IMG/VR virus record: IMGVR_UViG_2579778884_000012
DNA length: 38,749 nucleotides
Strand: one strand, 5' to 3'
DNA from: a virus
Lineage: Duplodnaviria > Heunggongvirae > Uroviricota > Caudoviricetes
Part shown: piece after piece, positions 28,590 through 36,983 of the stretch
Layout of the letters: each line of letters opens with the position of its first letter
Numbering within the stretch: the first letter of the stretch is position 1
Program-made: the position numbers and the translations under genes
Notes under the pieces: model-generated
Database searches by the model: none
Seen by the model: only the letters and a program-made list of their open reading frames with translations
Told to the model about the DNA's origin: nothing

Positions 28590-28827
28590 CGCCCGCTTCA
28601 TGGGGCGGTTTTAATGCAGTTGCATAGATACTATGGATCCGCACCAGTCCTGACCGCACGCAGCCTGAACGGACATCCCCGACGCATGCAAAAACATTCA
28701 CTTGTTGCATGCAACGGCTTATTTAATGACAAATCAACTTAAATTTACAAAATCCACAGGTATGGATACTTTGCGAACATGATAGGCTTACGAGAATTAT
28801 CGTGCCTGTTTTTGAACGGAGAAAGTT

Positions 28828-29769
28828 ATGCAAGGTGAAGTTGACGAACAGCAACCAAATGAGATTATTTCGGAGTTTGGATACTATCCAGTAGAAGTTA
28901 ACATTGAGACTGAACAATTTTCTTTGCGTACTTTACCCGGTCTTATTGAGAACGTGGAACGTATTAACAATGATAAAAACGTTGTTAATGGTTGGATATA
29001 CCCTGGGAATCGAAAGGTATATAACCTTAATGGTGACACATGCACAATGCCTTATAGTTACCGAGTATTCGGCATGCCCAAAACGCACACACTAAAATTA
29101 AAAAACACATCCTCGTTAGAAACTCTCAACTTTGTTGTGTGGTGCCTCTCTTTTTTCAAGGGTATAAGATTGACAACCACTGACGCTGGTTTTCTTGATG
29201 CAACCACTATCAAGCCCACTAAGTTAACCGACTTTATTCTCGTTGGATGCTCTGAAAAAGAAGTAATAGAGCTAGCACTTAACTATATAAAAGACAAACA
29301 AAAAGATGATCGCTCCATTAAAAGAATAGCTGCGGTGATACACTCCCTATTCCTGTCACATAACCCACTATACCTTTCCTTTGAGAAATTCCAGTATCTT
29401 TATATGGCTCTTGATTGCTGTTTTGCTATAGCATGGGATGAAAGGGATAAAGTCATTAAAGAGAAAAAACCATCTCATCAAAATAGAGTATATTGGATGT
29501 GCGAAAATTACGGTGTAAAAATCCCGTCATGGGCAACAGATGAATGTAATGTTTCAGTTATACGCAATGATAATTTTCATGAAGCCATTTTTAATGGGCA
29601 ACCGCTTGGTTTCTCTAGTATCAATGATTGTCAATATGGTAGCGATATATTGCTACAAATGCAGGCTCTGGTATGTCGTCTACTAGCGGCAATACTCTCT
29701 GTAAATGATCGTAAATATATCGCATCTACAATCAGCTCGATAGAGTACCATTCATTAAAATTAACTTAA
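28828..29769 (+). CDS. Hypothetical protein with C-terminal HEPN-like R-x4-H motif (accessory cargo at the old/tin position), 313 aa
   Basis: AT-rich ORF with RBS GGAGAAAGTT ATG. Residues 246-251 are R-N-D-N-F-H (CGC AAT GAT AAT TTT CAT, 29563..29580), the HEPN-type motif, about 60 residues from the C-terminus. Not P2 Old or Tin by size or sequence. Confidence 0.6.
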   Translation: MQGEVDEQQPNEIISEFGYYPVEVNIETEQFSLRTLPGLIENVERINNDKNVVNGWIYPGNRKVYNLNGDTCTMPYSYRVFGMPKTHTLKLKNTSSLETLNFVVWCLSFFKGIRLTTTDAGFLDATTIKPTKLTDFILVGCSEKEVIELALNYIKDKQKDDRSIKRIAAVIHSLFLSHNPLYLSFEKFQYLYMALDCCFAIAWDERDKVIKEKKPSHQNRVYWMCENYGVKIPSWATDECNVSVIRNDNFHEAIFNGQPLGFSSINDCQYGSDILLQMQALVCRLLAAILSVNDRKYIASTISSIEYHSLKLT

Positions 29770-30088
29770 TGCTAACGCCTCACTTCGCTCGTTGTTCAAC
29801 TCCGCCAGCCTGAAAACAAGTTTCACGACTGGCGGCGTTCTCTATCGTCTGCGTGGTGGTGGCGCAACTCTGGACTGACCGATATAGTTAAACCGCCCGT
29901 AATTATCCCAGACTATTTCGGCACACCCGACCAGCTCGTCAGGCGTCAGATTTTCGTTGACCATAATCTGCTGTAAACGGTGAACAATGGCCATCAACCT
30001 GACACTTTTGGTGTTATATGTGGTATCTCACATGAGATTACTGACCAAGGTGCATCTTGGTTGACTCATTTCATATCCATCCACACCA

Positions 30089-30769
30089 CTACATCTTTAT
30101 TGCATATTTATTAAAAGACGCCCAGTTCAATAAAAAAACATTATTCATATACCATTCAATATAATTTTTATTTTTAGATTGACTGTCAAGTAGCACACAA
30201 ACATCAACCTGTTTATCAATCAATTTTGCAATATAAACCACAAACTCAACACTCGAATATCTCTTTGTGCCTAGCAAATATAATATTTCATCTGACAAAT
30301 AATTAGACTCATGTGAAAAGACATTATCATTTAACAAAATCAACCCGCCAATCGAGTCATTTAAATCCAAAACATCCTTTGTTGCATTTATTTGCTTATT
30401 AGCTTCCTTAACTATCTTTGTTTTAATATTTTCATAAGCAAAGTTCATTATATCATTTCTAAATCGCTTTGAGTCTGGGTGTCTTTTTATCAACTCTTCT
30501 AAATGAATAGCACCATGCCAGTTTTTTGCAAGCCAACTATCAGTTTTAACCAACTCATTCAGTTTATCATTGACATTCTTGACCCTGTCAGAAAAAAGAC
30601 TTTTCATCTCCAAAATTATCTTTTTATTATCAATAAGATAATCTGCCATCTTGCGATTCTGACCATCCTTCATCCGGAACTTATGATGAATATCATCAAT
30701 AGAAATCCCTTTTTCATGCTCAACAATGAATCTCTTAACATTGTTTTCTAATTCGCTGTATTGTTTCAT
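30089..30769 (-). CDS. Hypothetical protein (accessory cargo), 226 aa, probably co-transcribed with the upstream DUF2158-like gene
   Basis: AT-rich Lys/Asn-rich ORF; start 27 bp after the small upstream gene's stop, with a GGGGGA RBS; no motif I recognise. Confidence 0.6.
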   Translation of the reverse strand: MKQYSELENNVKRFIVEHEKGISIDDIHHKFRMKDGQNRKMADYLIDNKKIILEMKSLFSDRVKNVNDKLNELVKTDSWLAKNWHGAIHLEELIKRHPDSKRFRNDIMNFAYENIKTKIVKEANKQINATKDVLDLNDSIGGLILLNDNVFSHESNYLSDEILYLLGTKRYSSVEFVVYIAKLIDKQVDVCVLLDSQSKNKNYIEWYMNNVFLLNWASFNKYAIKM

Positions 30770-30796
30770 ACTTTCCCCCGTGAATTTTATTATGAT

Positions 30797-30988
30797 TCAC
30801 TTACGTGGACGACAAAGCATACCACTTTTACTCTCTGCTATTTCCAGTAAATCAATGGAGAATGACTCCTCGTGCAAAACTCCTTCTTTATCATGCCAAA
30901 TACATTTAGCATGAGTTTCAGTAGAGTCAGATACAGTCATTTTAAATCCACCGCTTTTCAAACAAACAACATCTGCAGGCTTTAACAT
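30797..30988 (-). CDS. Small DUF2158 (YodC-like) family protein, 63 aa
   Basis: From the internal Met with RBS GGAGATAAAA ATG: MLKPADVVCLKSGGFKMTV...CIWHDKEGVLHEESFSIDLLE, matching the DUF2158 pattern (V-x-LKSGG-x-MTV ... C-x-W) as I remember it. Track ORF extended by 28 codons. Confidence 0.55.
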   Translation of the reverse strand: MLKPADVVCLKSGGFKMTVSDSTETHAKCIWHDKEGVLHEESFSIDLLEIAESKSGMLCRPRK

Positions 30989-31114
30989 TTTTATCTCCAA
31001 CATTTTTAAGTAATGCATTATAACATAATGATATTGACGTAGATTTAATGCATGCAACCATATAAAAAACAATCAATTACAGTCAAAACTACTTATACTG
31101 TATAGATGAGATCC

Positions 31115-33400
31115 TTACTCAAATTGATGCCAGAATCCCGACCACTCATCAGCGACCGGATACGTGAATTTTTTCCCGTCATAATTTACGGTCGCGCCAC
31201 GCGCCAGCGCCTCAAGCTCCCATCGCTGCGGCCTGATACCGTTCTGAGCAAGGTCAACGCGGATACGGGTGATTTGCAATCGTTCAGACCGGGTCAGTCT
31301 GGCCGATGGCGCTATTTCATGCGGTTTTAACGGGCTTCCGTTTCTTTGCTGACGGTTTGGTCTTCTCAGGCCGTGTTTTAATGCACCTCTGAGCGCCCTC
31401 ACGACCTCCGGGTCATTCCATTCGATAACACCGTCATCTACCAGATTAAGCACTGCTGCGGCGTGCTCAGAAGGTGTGGGAGCCGGTAACGAAGTATCAC
31501 CACCGGTGAGCTTTCCACAGTTATTGACAGGACTCCGAGGCGCGGCGATGCCGCTTTTTAAAGTCAAAGGCTCAACGACCGGCACTTTCGGAACAATGCG
31601 CCAGTCCGTCGTTCTGGTGATATGAATATGACGCGCGCCGAGATGCGGCGCGTAAATGCCGACCACTCTCTCGACTTCTTCCTCGTACTCGTTAACGTCA
31701 TCCGACGGGCTACGGGCGACCCTGACAGTCTGACAATCGCGCGGGACATTTGCCCCGCCCTGCGCGCTGATATACAACGCAAAATCACCACTGTCTGCAG
31801 CGGCGCGTGCAGCCTCGACGCGCTCGTCAAACTCATCAGCAATGCTGACGCCGCGAGGCAATTTGCGTAGTTCACGGTAAGCCCCCATTGTCGGCAGGCC
31901 AACCGTTTTAAATTGCGGAATGCGCCACGTTGACGCCCATGCGGTAACAGCCGCGGCAGTGTCTTTCAGCGGCCTGCCGGTATCGTTATCGAGCTGACCA
32001 TCCAGTGCATAGCCATCGATGTTTTTTGAGATGTATTTCGCGATATACCCTGCAGCACCGCCCCGGTTAAGGTGTTTTGCCTGAAAACGGTTTCGCGCAG
32101 CTCCTCTTTCGTCGCCATCCTCTTTGAGCGCGTAGCGACGCATGATTTCAATAATCTGGTTACGCTGGCGTGGATTACAAAAAAGCATCATATGCCAGTG
32201 CGGCGTTCCGTCGTGGTGTGGCTCGACGACTCGCAAACCGTAGACCTGTAAATCATTATCCTTGAATGCCGTGCGCATCAGGCTCCAGATACGGCAGAGA
32301 TAACGCTGCGCATCCTTTGGATTAAATGCCTCATCGTTCCAGCCGTGATTAAGCTGAACGGTTTTACTTTCGCCTTTTCCGACCTGACGTGTCGGGTGAT
32401 ACTTTGACGGCGCGGTCAGCGTGATAAACATCCCCACATCACCCTCTGCGGCGGCGTAACGCTCAATACCGGCAATGGTGTTCATCAGCTCCATCCGGCG
32501 AATTTCAGGATTAGAAATACTGCCCATCACCTTACTGATAAGGTCGATGCGTTCGCCGGTTTCCCTGTTTTCAAGGTCACACGATTTAAGAAACTCCAGA
32601 TTTGCCTGGCGGCGCGCACGCACATCACGAATGGCATGTTTACTGGCATAAGGAGAACGGTCTTTATTGACCTCCCCGACAGCAATCAGTAACGCCTCAT
32701 GCCAGCGCATACGCTGGCCTTTAAGCTGATGAGTCCACCACTCATCGTTAAACAGACGGGCAATGGCAGAATATGCCTGCCTCGTGGTTATCTGTCCTTT
32801 ACGGTATTTTTTCCAGTAGAGCGGGGAAATATTGAAAGCACGTGCAGCGCCAGCAACATGACCATACAGGTGAGTCTGCGCCTCATCCGTAAACAGCGAT
32901 TCTTTTTCGCCATGTGCATCAACCCATGCATCGCAGAGTTCCTCATACATCATGAAAAGCTGCGATGAGATACGGGCGGCAAACTTTTTCAGCTCCTTGT
33001 CATTCATTCCAGGCAGGCGCGCATAGTGGTCACGCTCTGCCAGAAATAGCAACGACGCGTCGGTGTTCATTTCATGGCGCTGATTCACGCGCTCAATGCG
33101 CGGCCATAAACGACGCTGAAAAGTAGATGTGAGGAAATAAAACCCGTGCACCGGGCTTTTATTGCGCCGGATGTAGTCATAGCGTGAAGTAAACAGCGAG
33201 CGCAAAAAGTAAGGCAGGCGGTTAATCGTGGATAAAACACCTTGCACCTGACGCATCTCGTCACGTGTAAGGGGTCTTTCGCGCCCGACGGCCTCGCGTG
33301 GCGCGTTCCATGCATAAGCACCGGTAAACGCCTTACCGGTGCCTGCAGCAAATGCTGACGGAGGTACGCAGGTGTATTGCTCCTGGAAAGAATGACTCAT
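31115..33400 (-). CDS. A: Replication initiation protein gpA (rolling-circle endonuclease), 761 aa
   Basis: 761 aa equals P2 gpA; position after the early small ORFs. Confidence 0.9.
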   Translation of the reverse strand: MSHSFQEQYTCVPPSAFAAGTGKAFTGAYAWNAPREAVGRERPLTRDEMRQVQGVLSTINRLPYFLRSLFTSRYDYIRRNKSPVHGFYFLTSTFQRRLWPRIERVNQRHEMNTDASLLFLAERDHYARLPGMNDKELKKFAARISSQLFMMYEELCDAWVDAHGEKESLFTDEAQTHLYGHVAGAARAFNISPLYWKKYRKGQITTRQAYSAIARLFNDEWWTHQLKGQRMRWHEALLIAVGEVNKDRSPYASKHAIRDVRARRQANLEFLKSCDLENRETGERIDLISKVMGSISNPEIRRMELMNTIAGIERYAAAEGDVGMFITLTAPSKYHPTRQVGKGESKTVQLNHGWNDEAFNPKDAQRYLCRIWSLMRTAFKDNDLQVYGLRVVEPHHDGTPHWHMMLFCNPRQRNQIIEIMRRYALKEDGDERGAARNRFQAKHLNRGGAAGYIAKYISKNIDGYALDGQLDNDTGRPLKDTAAAVTAWASTWRIPQFKTVGLPTMGAYRELRKLPRGVSIADEFDERVEAARAAADSGDFALYISAQGGANVPRDCQTVRVARSPSDDVNEYEEEVERVVGIYAPHLGARHIHITRTTDWRIVPKVPVVEPLTLKSGIAAPRSPVNNCGKLTGGDTSLPAPTPSEHAAAVLNLVDDGVIEWNDPEVVRALRGALKHGLRRPNRQQRNGSPLKPHEIAPSARLTRSERLQITRIRVDLAQNGIRPQRWELEALARGATVNYDGKKFTYPVADEWSGFWHQFE

Positions 33401-34398
33401 TCACATACACCGGCATAGACACTACTGCAAACTGACTTATCATTCACCGAAGCCAGCAAATCAAACTGTGCCCCGCCACGCGTGGTCATCGCCCAGTCAC
33501 GATAAGACTCAATTCCGTAAGCATCGACAGTAATAATATCAATGCGGCGTTCCGCACGACGCGGGTCATGAGTTGACGGGAAGAAAGTAGAATTTCCGCG
33601 TCTGGAGCATGCGGCGACAAGTCGCTCCCATTCCGCAACACGCTTAACCTCTTCCGGCCAGCGACTAAAAATTTCAGCTAATTCAGACTTTCTGGCGTGG
33701 ATGCAGGGCATACAACCGACACGACTGCATCCCTGCTGGTATAACGGATTAGGTTTAATTCCATGACGTCTTGCAAATGCAAATACCTCCTCATGCGTCC
33801 AGTTCAGAATAGGACGGTATACATGGAGCCCGGGCGTATTGTCCGCATCCTCTTCCCAGGCAGGCAGACCCGCGCGCGCAGGAGACTCCTGAGCGCGAAT
33901 CCCCTGCCAGCTAATTACCTCATCAAACTCATTAAGCGCAGGTAACACGACCTGAGTACGTACTGGCTCATGTTTAAGGTCAAAAGTGCAAAATCTGGCT
34001 TTAGTGGAAGGAAATCGCCCTTTCCACATGCACAAATCAAGAAATGGGATACCAGTAGGCTTGAGAATTTCCAGCGCACAATTGATGCGCTCTGCCGCTT
34101 CCCCCGGAGACATTCCGCACTCTTCAACCAGAGAAACAGGCCATTTCTCAGCAATAAACTTGCGCTTACCTTCAATCTGTCGGGAGAAGTCAGCTTTAAC
34201 CCGTTTAACCGGCCCGAGTCGGTTCTCCAGATAATCGAGATACTCCATTGTCTGCGGATGCTCATGCCCGGTGTCTGCAAAAACCGGCAAAAAAATGCAC
34301 ACCGCTTTCAATACCAACAAGCCATTGAGCAAGGCTATCCTTTCCGCCAGAAACAGAAATAATATTGATAGAGCTTTCAGCTCGGCAGCGGGTATCAA
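33397..34398 (-). CDS. PAPS reductase-like (adenine nucleotide alpha-hydrolase superfamily) protein, up to 333 aa
   Basis: Resembles the phosphoadenosine phosphosulfate reductase family often annotated in prophage early regions; N-terminal 40 residues hydrophobic; overlaps the A start by 4 nt (ATGA). Family assignment is by eye, from memory. Confidence 0.5.
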   Translation of the reverse strand: MIPAAELKALSILFLFLAERIALLNGLLVLKAVCIFLPVFADTGHEHPQTMEYLDYLENRLGPVKRVKADFSRQIEGKRKFIAEKWPVSLVEECGMSPGEAAERINCALEILKPTGIPFLDLCMWKGRFPSTKARFCTFDLKHEPVRTQVVLPALNEFDEVISWQGIRAQESPARAGLPAWEEDADNTPGLHVYRPILNWTHEEVFAFARRHGIKPNPLYQQGCSRVGCMPCIHARKSELAEIFSRWPEEVKRVAEWERLVAACSRRGNSTFFPSTHDPRRAERRIDIITVDAYGIESYRDWAMTTRGGAQFDLLASVNDKSVCSSVYAGVCE

Positions 34399-34401
34399 CT
34401 A

Positions 34402-34683
34402 TCATTTAGATTTCCCCGCACAGAGAAACGCAGTCAGACACTGCTGACCGAGCTGCTCAACCTGAGAGCTCAGCGCCTCAAAAGAGACAGCGTTACCGCT
34501 CAAAATATCGTGATGGATCAGACCGGAAACGAGCTGGTTTAATTTGGGGTAATAGCCGACAACATCCAGCCACTCTTTACCGGCATTCTTCCCGGTTTCA
34601 GCGGTCTTTCTCTCCTGCAAAATGAACTGAAAACGGTCATTTGTGACGACATAACGCTCGCCAATTTCAATACGAATACTCAT
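34402..34683 (-). CDS. Early-operon hypothetical protein, orf83-like position, 93 aa
   Basis: Small ORF in the cox-B-A early operon, overlapping its neighbours; call is by position only. Confidence 0.6.
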   Translation of the reverse strand: MSIRIEIGERYVVTNDRFQFILQERKTAETGKNAGKEWLDVVGYYPKLNQLVSGLIHHDILSGNAVSFEALSSQVEQLGQQCLTAFLCAGKSK

Positions 34684-34904
34684 GCCGTTCTCCGGTAATG
34701 TTTGTTTTTTGCTTCAAAGACTGACTGGCAGGAAACACAACGCGTGGCTGACGGATAAGCCGCACGACGGGCAGCAGGTATTGGCGCGTCACACTCTTCG
34801 CAAACCAGCGCAGAAACACCGCAATGCTTTACCCTTGCCGCGTTAATCTGGCGCTCCAGTAATTCAGCCTGTTGTTCCTGAATAAAATCTACGTTGTCCG
34901 GCAT
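34680..34904 (-). CDS. TraR/DksA-family C4 zinc-finger protein, orf82-like position, 74 aa
   Basis: CxxC...CxxC motif (CEECDAPIPAARRAAYPSATRCVSCQ) typical of phage TraR/DksA-like proteins. Confidence 0.7.
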   Translation of the reverse strand: MPDNVDFIQEQQAELLERQINAARVKHCGVSALVCEECDAPIPAARRAAYPSATRCVSCQSVFEAKNKHYRRTA

Positions 34905-35209
34905 TACCAGCTCCTTTTGTCGTTAAGTTTTTTAAATTCATCAGCGCAATAGCTGGCAATTTCTGTCGTTAATTTCGTCAGTTCATCCACGGAGGAGATT
35001 TGCTTGTGAAATACAGCGCGTTTAACAAGTAAATTGACCACATCAGACAGGAGATTTAATTCGTTCTGATAAATCGCGATAACAGACTCAGTTATTTCGC
35101 GTTTTTCTTTATCAAGACCAAGTTGAATAAGAGATAAATCGCCATTTTTCATAACGGCGATTTTTAAGGCGTTATTCAGTAATACAACTGAACGAGAACA
35201 GGACATCAA
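34904..35209 (-). CDS. Early-operon hypothetical protein, orf81-like position, 101 aa
   Basis: ORF with overlapping stop/start coupling to neighbours; call is by position only. Confidence 0.6.
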   Translation of the reverse strand: MMSCSRSVVLLNNALKIAVMKNGDLSLIQLGLDKEKREITESVIAIYQNELNLLSDVVNLLVKRAVFHKQISSVDELTKLTTEIASYCADEFKKLNDKRSW

Positions 35210-35463
35210 AGCACCTCCCCGCGAGACAATCCGATATTGTGAAATTTTTCCGACTCCTGACTGAGCAGCTCGACTATCTCCACGCGGGATAACTCCGCCT
35301 TTGTGATGTGGCGAATCATGGCGTCAAGATGAGAAGAAAAGCGCGTCGCTGCGTCGGCCTGTGCTTCGGTTCTGGCCTGTTGCAGCAGTAATGCGTATTT
35401 ACCGCACTGATTTTCAGAAACTGTATGCATGACTTTCTCCAGGCAAAAAGAAGCCCCGCACAA
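35206..35463 (-). CDS. Early-operon hypothetical protein, orf80-like position, up to 85 aa
   Basis: ORF immediately downstream of B; the true start may be the internal Met (MHTVSENQ...). Confidence 0.55.
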   Translation of the reverse strand: MCGASFCLEKVMHTVSENQCGKYALLLQQARTEAQADAATRFSSHLDAMIRHITKAELSRVEIVELLSQESEKFHNIGLSRGEVL

Positions 35464-35493
35464 TTAAGTGCGTTAAAAACTCTGGTTAATTAC

Positions 35494-35994
35494 TTAATGC
35501 AGATATTGCTCTGGTTTTACCGACGTCAGAATTGTCGGTGCATACTCAAACAGGCTGAATAATTCACGTAATGCACGGAATAAGGCATCACGCCAGTAAC
35601 ATGATTCTTCATTAATTCGCCAGTATGGCTGGTTGAATTCTTTTTCAGTCAATCCGGCATGCATAAATAAAGTACGGCGCTGACTGACAGTTAAAAAGCT
35701 AATATATGCATACTCACTTGCACCGACCTGACGGCGTTTTGAGAATGCCCCACGCAGTTCATCAATTGCACAAACCAGCCGTTCACGTTCGACGTCGTTC
35801 ATTTCTTCAAAACGCATCGTTGCGTGACGCTGTTTTAACTGCGCATGGAAGCAAACCGTTAGCCGTTCGCGTTCCATCATCTGATTATAATAATCGCATG
35901 TCTCCTGCCAGCGAGGGACGGCCAGATGCTTACCAATTATCCGGCGCATAGCTGCTGGCTGTTTTTCAACGAGATTGAGCGTCATCACTGTCAT
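35494..35994 (-). CDS. B: Replication protein gpB (helicase loader-like), 166 aa
   Basis: 166 aa equals P2 gpB; between cox/orf78 and the small early ORFs. Confidence 0.88.
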   Translation of the reverse strand: MTVMTLNLVEKQPAAMRRIIGKHLAVPRWQETCDYYNQMMERERLTVCFHAQLKQRHATMRFEEMNDVERERLVCAIDELRGAFSKRRQVGASEYAYISFLTVSQRRTLFMHAGLTEKEFNQPYWRINEESCYWRDALFRALRELFSLFEYAPTILTSVKPEQYLH

Positions 35995-36161
35995 TTCCAG
36001 ACCCTCCGGCTTTTCAGAAAGGTCAGAGCCTTTTTTAACGGACTCTGTTTTTTGGTGCGGATAATGATTCCCTTACGCCCCTTACCGTGGGTGATGGTGA
36101 AGTCAATCGCCCTGGGGCTTTCGTTACGCAATAACTGAGCAATACAACGAGGCTCATTCAT
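35991..36161 (-). CDS. Small basic protein, orf78-like position, about 56 aa
   Basis: Between cox and B; I chose the internal Met (MNEPRCIAQ...) so it does not overlap cox; Lys/Arg-rich. Confidence 0.5.
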   Translation of the reverse strand: MNEPRCIAQLLRNESPRAIDFTITHGKGRKGIIIRTKKQSPLKKALTFLKSRRVWK

Positions 36162-36171
36162 ACGGTTCTCC

Positions 36172-36447
36172 TTAACGTGGTTCACCGAGACCTAACCACA
36201 TCAACCAGCCGTCACGAATCTCTTTAGGACGGCTTTCATAAGCCAGTTTTAGTCCGTTATTCCATGCCGGAAGGTATACCCAATATTCACCAGCACGCCC
36301 CGATACTGACTGAGGGTCAGTAATCTCAATAACTGGTAATTTCCCTTTCTCAATCATGCCCCTTACAGCTCTTGGAGTTTTACCAATGAGTTTTGCAAAC
36401 TCCTGATAAGGCACGGCATCAGTCACGCTTACAAGCTGTCTATTCAT
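36172..36447 (-). CDS. cox: Cox: excisionase and lytic-switch repressor, 91 aa
   Basis: MNRQLVSVTDAVPYQEFAKLIGK...GRAGEYWVYLPAWNNGLKLAYESRPKEIRDGWLMWLGLGEPR recognised as P2 Cox; 91 aa. Confidence 0.9.
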   Translation of the reverse strand: MNRQLVSVTDAVPYQEFAKLIGKTPRAVRGMIEKGKLPVIEITDPQSVSGRAGEYWVYLPAWNNGLKLAYESRPKEIRDGWLMWLGLGEPR

Positions 36448-36470
36448 CTGCTACGATTCTCCCTTAGTGC

Positions 36471-36489
36471 TTCTAATGGCTCCTAATGG
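36471..36489. promoter_or_regulatory. Tandem direct repeat CTAATGGCT x2 (10-bp period) in the cox-C divergent promoter region: candidate C repressor operator
   Basis: Two 9-bp direct repeats seen directly; P2-type C repressors bind direct repeats overlapping the early promoter. Confidence 0.4.
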
Positions 36490-36568
36490 CTAATTATTGC
36501 CTAAAAGGATAACTCCAGAAGCACAACATTTCACACTATCAGCAAGAAATTACGCAATCGGAGTAATT

Positions 36569-36868
36569 ATGTCAATAGACGTTTCGGAGAAGTTGAAGCT
36601 AATCCGTGAATCTGAAAGGTTAAACCGTAAAGAATTCAGTGAATTAACTGGTGTAGCCTACAGCTCACTTTCGAGCTATGAGAGCCGGTCAAAAAACGCT
36701 GGAGTTGAAGCCATAATGAAGGTCTTACAACATCCCAGATTTACTAAATATACTTTGTGGTTCATGACTGATCAGGTAGCTCCAGAAGCCGGGCAAATTG
36801 CGCCCGCTCTCGCACACTTTGGGCAAAACGAAACAACGTCGCCCCACTCCGGTCAAAAGACTGGTTAA
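36569..36868 (+). CDS. C: Immunity repressor C, 99 aa
   Basis: From the internal Met with RBS GGAG: MSIDVSEKLKLIRESERLNRKEFSELTGVAYSSLSSYES...FTKYTLWFMTDQVAPEAGQIAPALAHFGQNETTSPHSGQKTG; the C-terminal half is recognised as P2 C-like. 99 aa. Track ORF extended by 24 codons. Confidence 0.82.
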   Translation: MSIDVSEKLKLIRESERLNRKEFSELTGVAYSSLSSYESRSKNAGVEAIMKVLQHPRFTKYTLWFMTDQVAPEAGQIAPALAHFGQNETTSPHSGQKTG

Positions 36869-36983
36869 CAATTTATCGTGAATATATTCATCACAAGTGC
36901 CTACTATTGGTGGCTAAATTTCAGCCACCACGAAAAAAGCGATTAGTAGTAGCAAAAAAAAGTACCACTCGGAGGGTTTTCTG

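Noticed and set aside
28386-28601. 71-aa minus-strand ORF spanning the Q stop and cos
   Set aside because: It covers the cos 19-mer and a GC-rich non-coding stretch; Arg/Ala/Gly-rich low-complexity translation; no RBS.
28410-31114. Calling the old/tin-position genes Old (ATPase-TOPRIM nuclease) or Tin
   Set aside because: No Walker A/B ATPase motifs or TOPRIM signature in the 313-aa or 226-aa proteins, and their sizes do not fit Old (about 586 aa).
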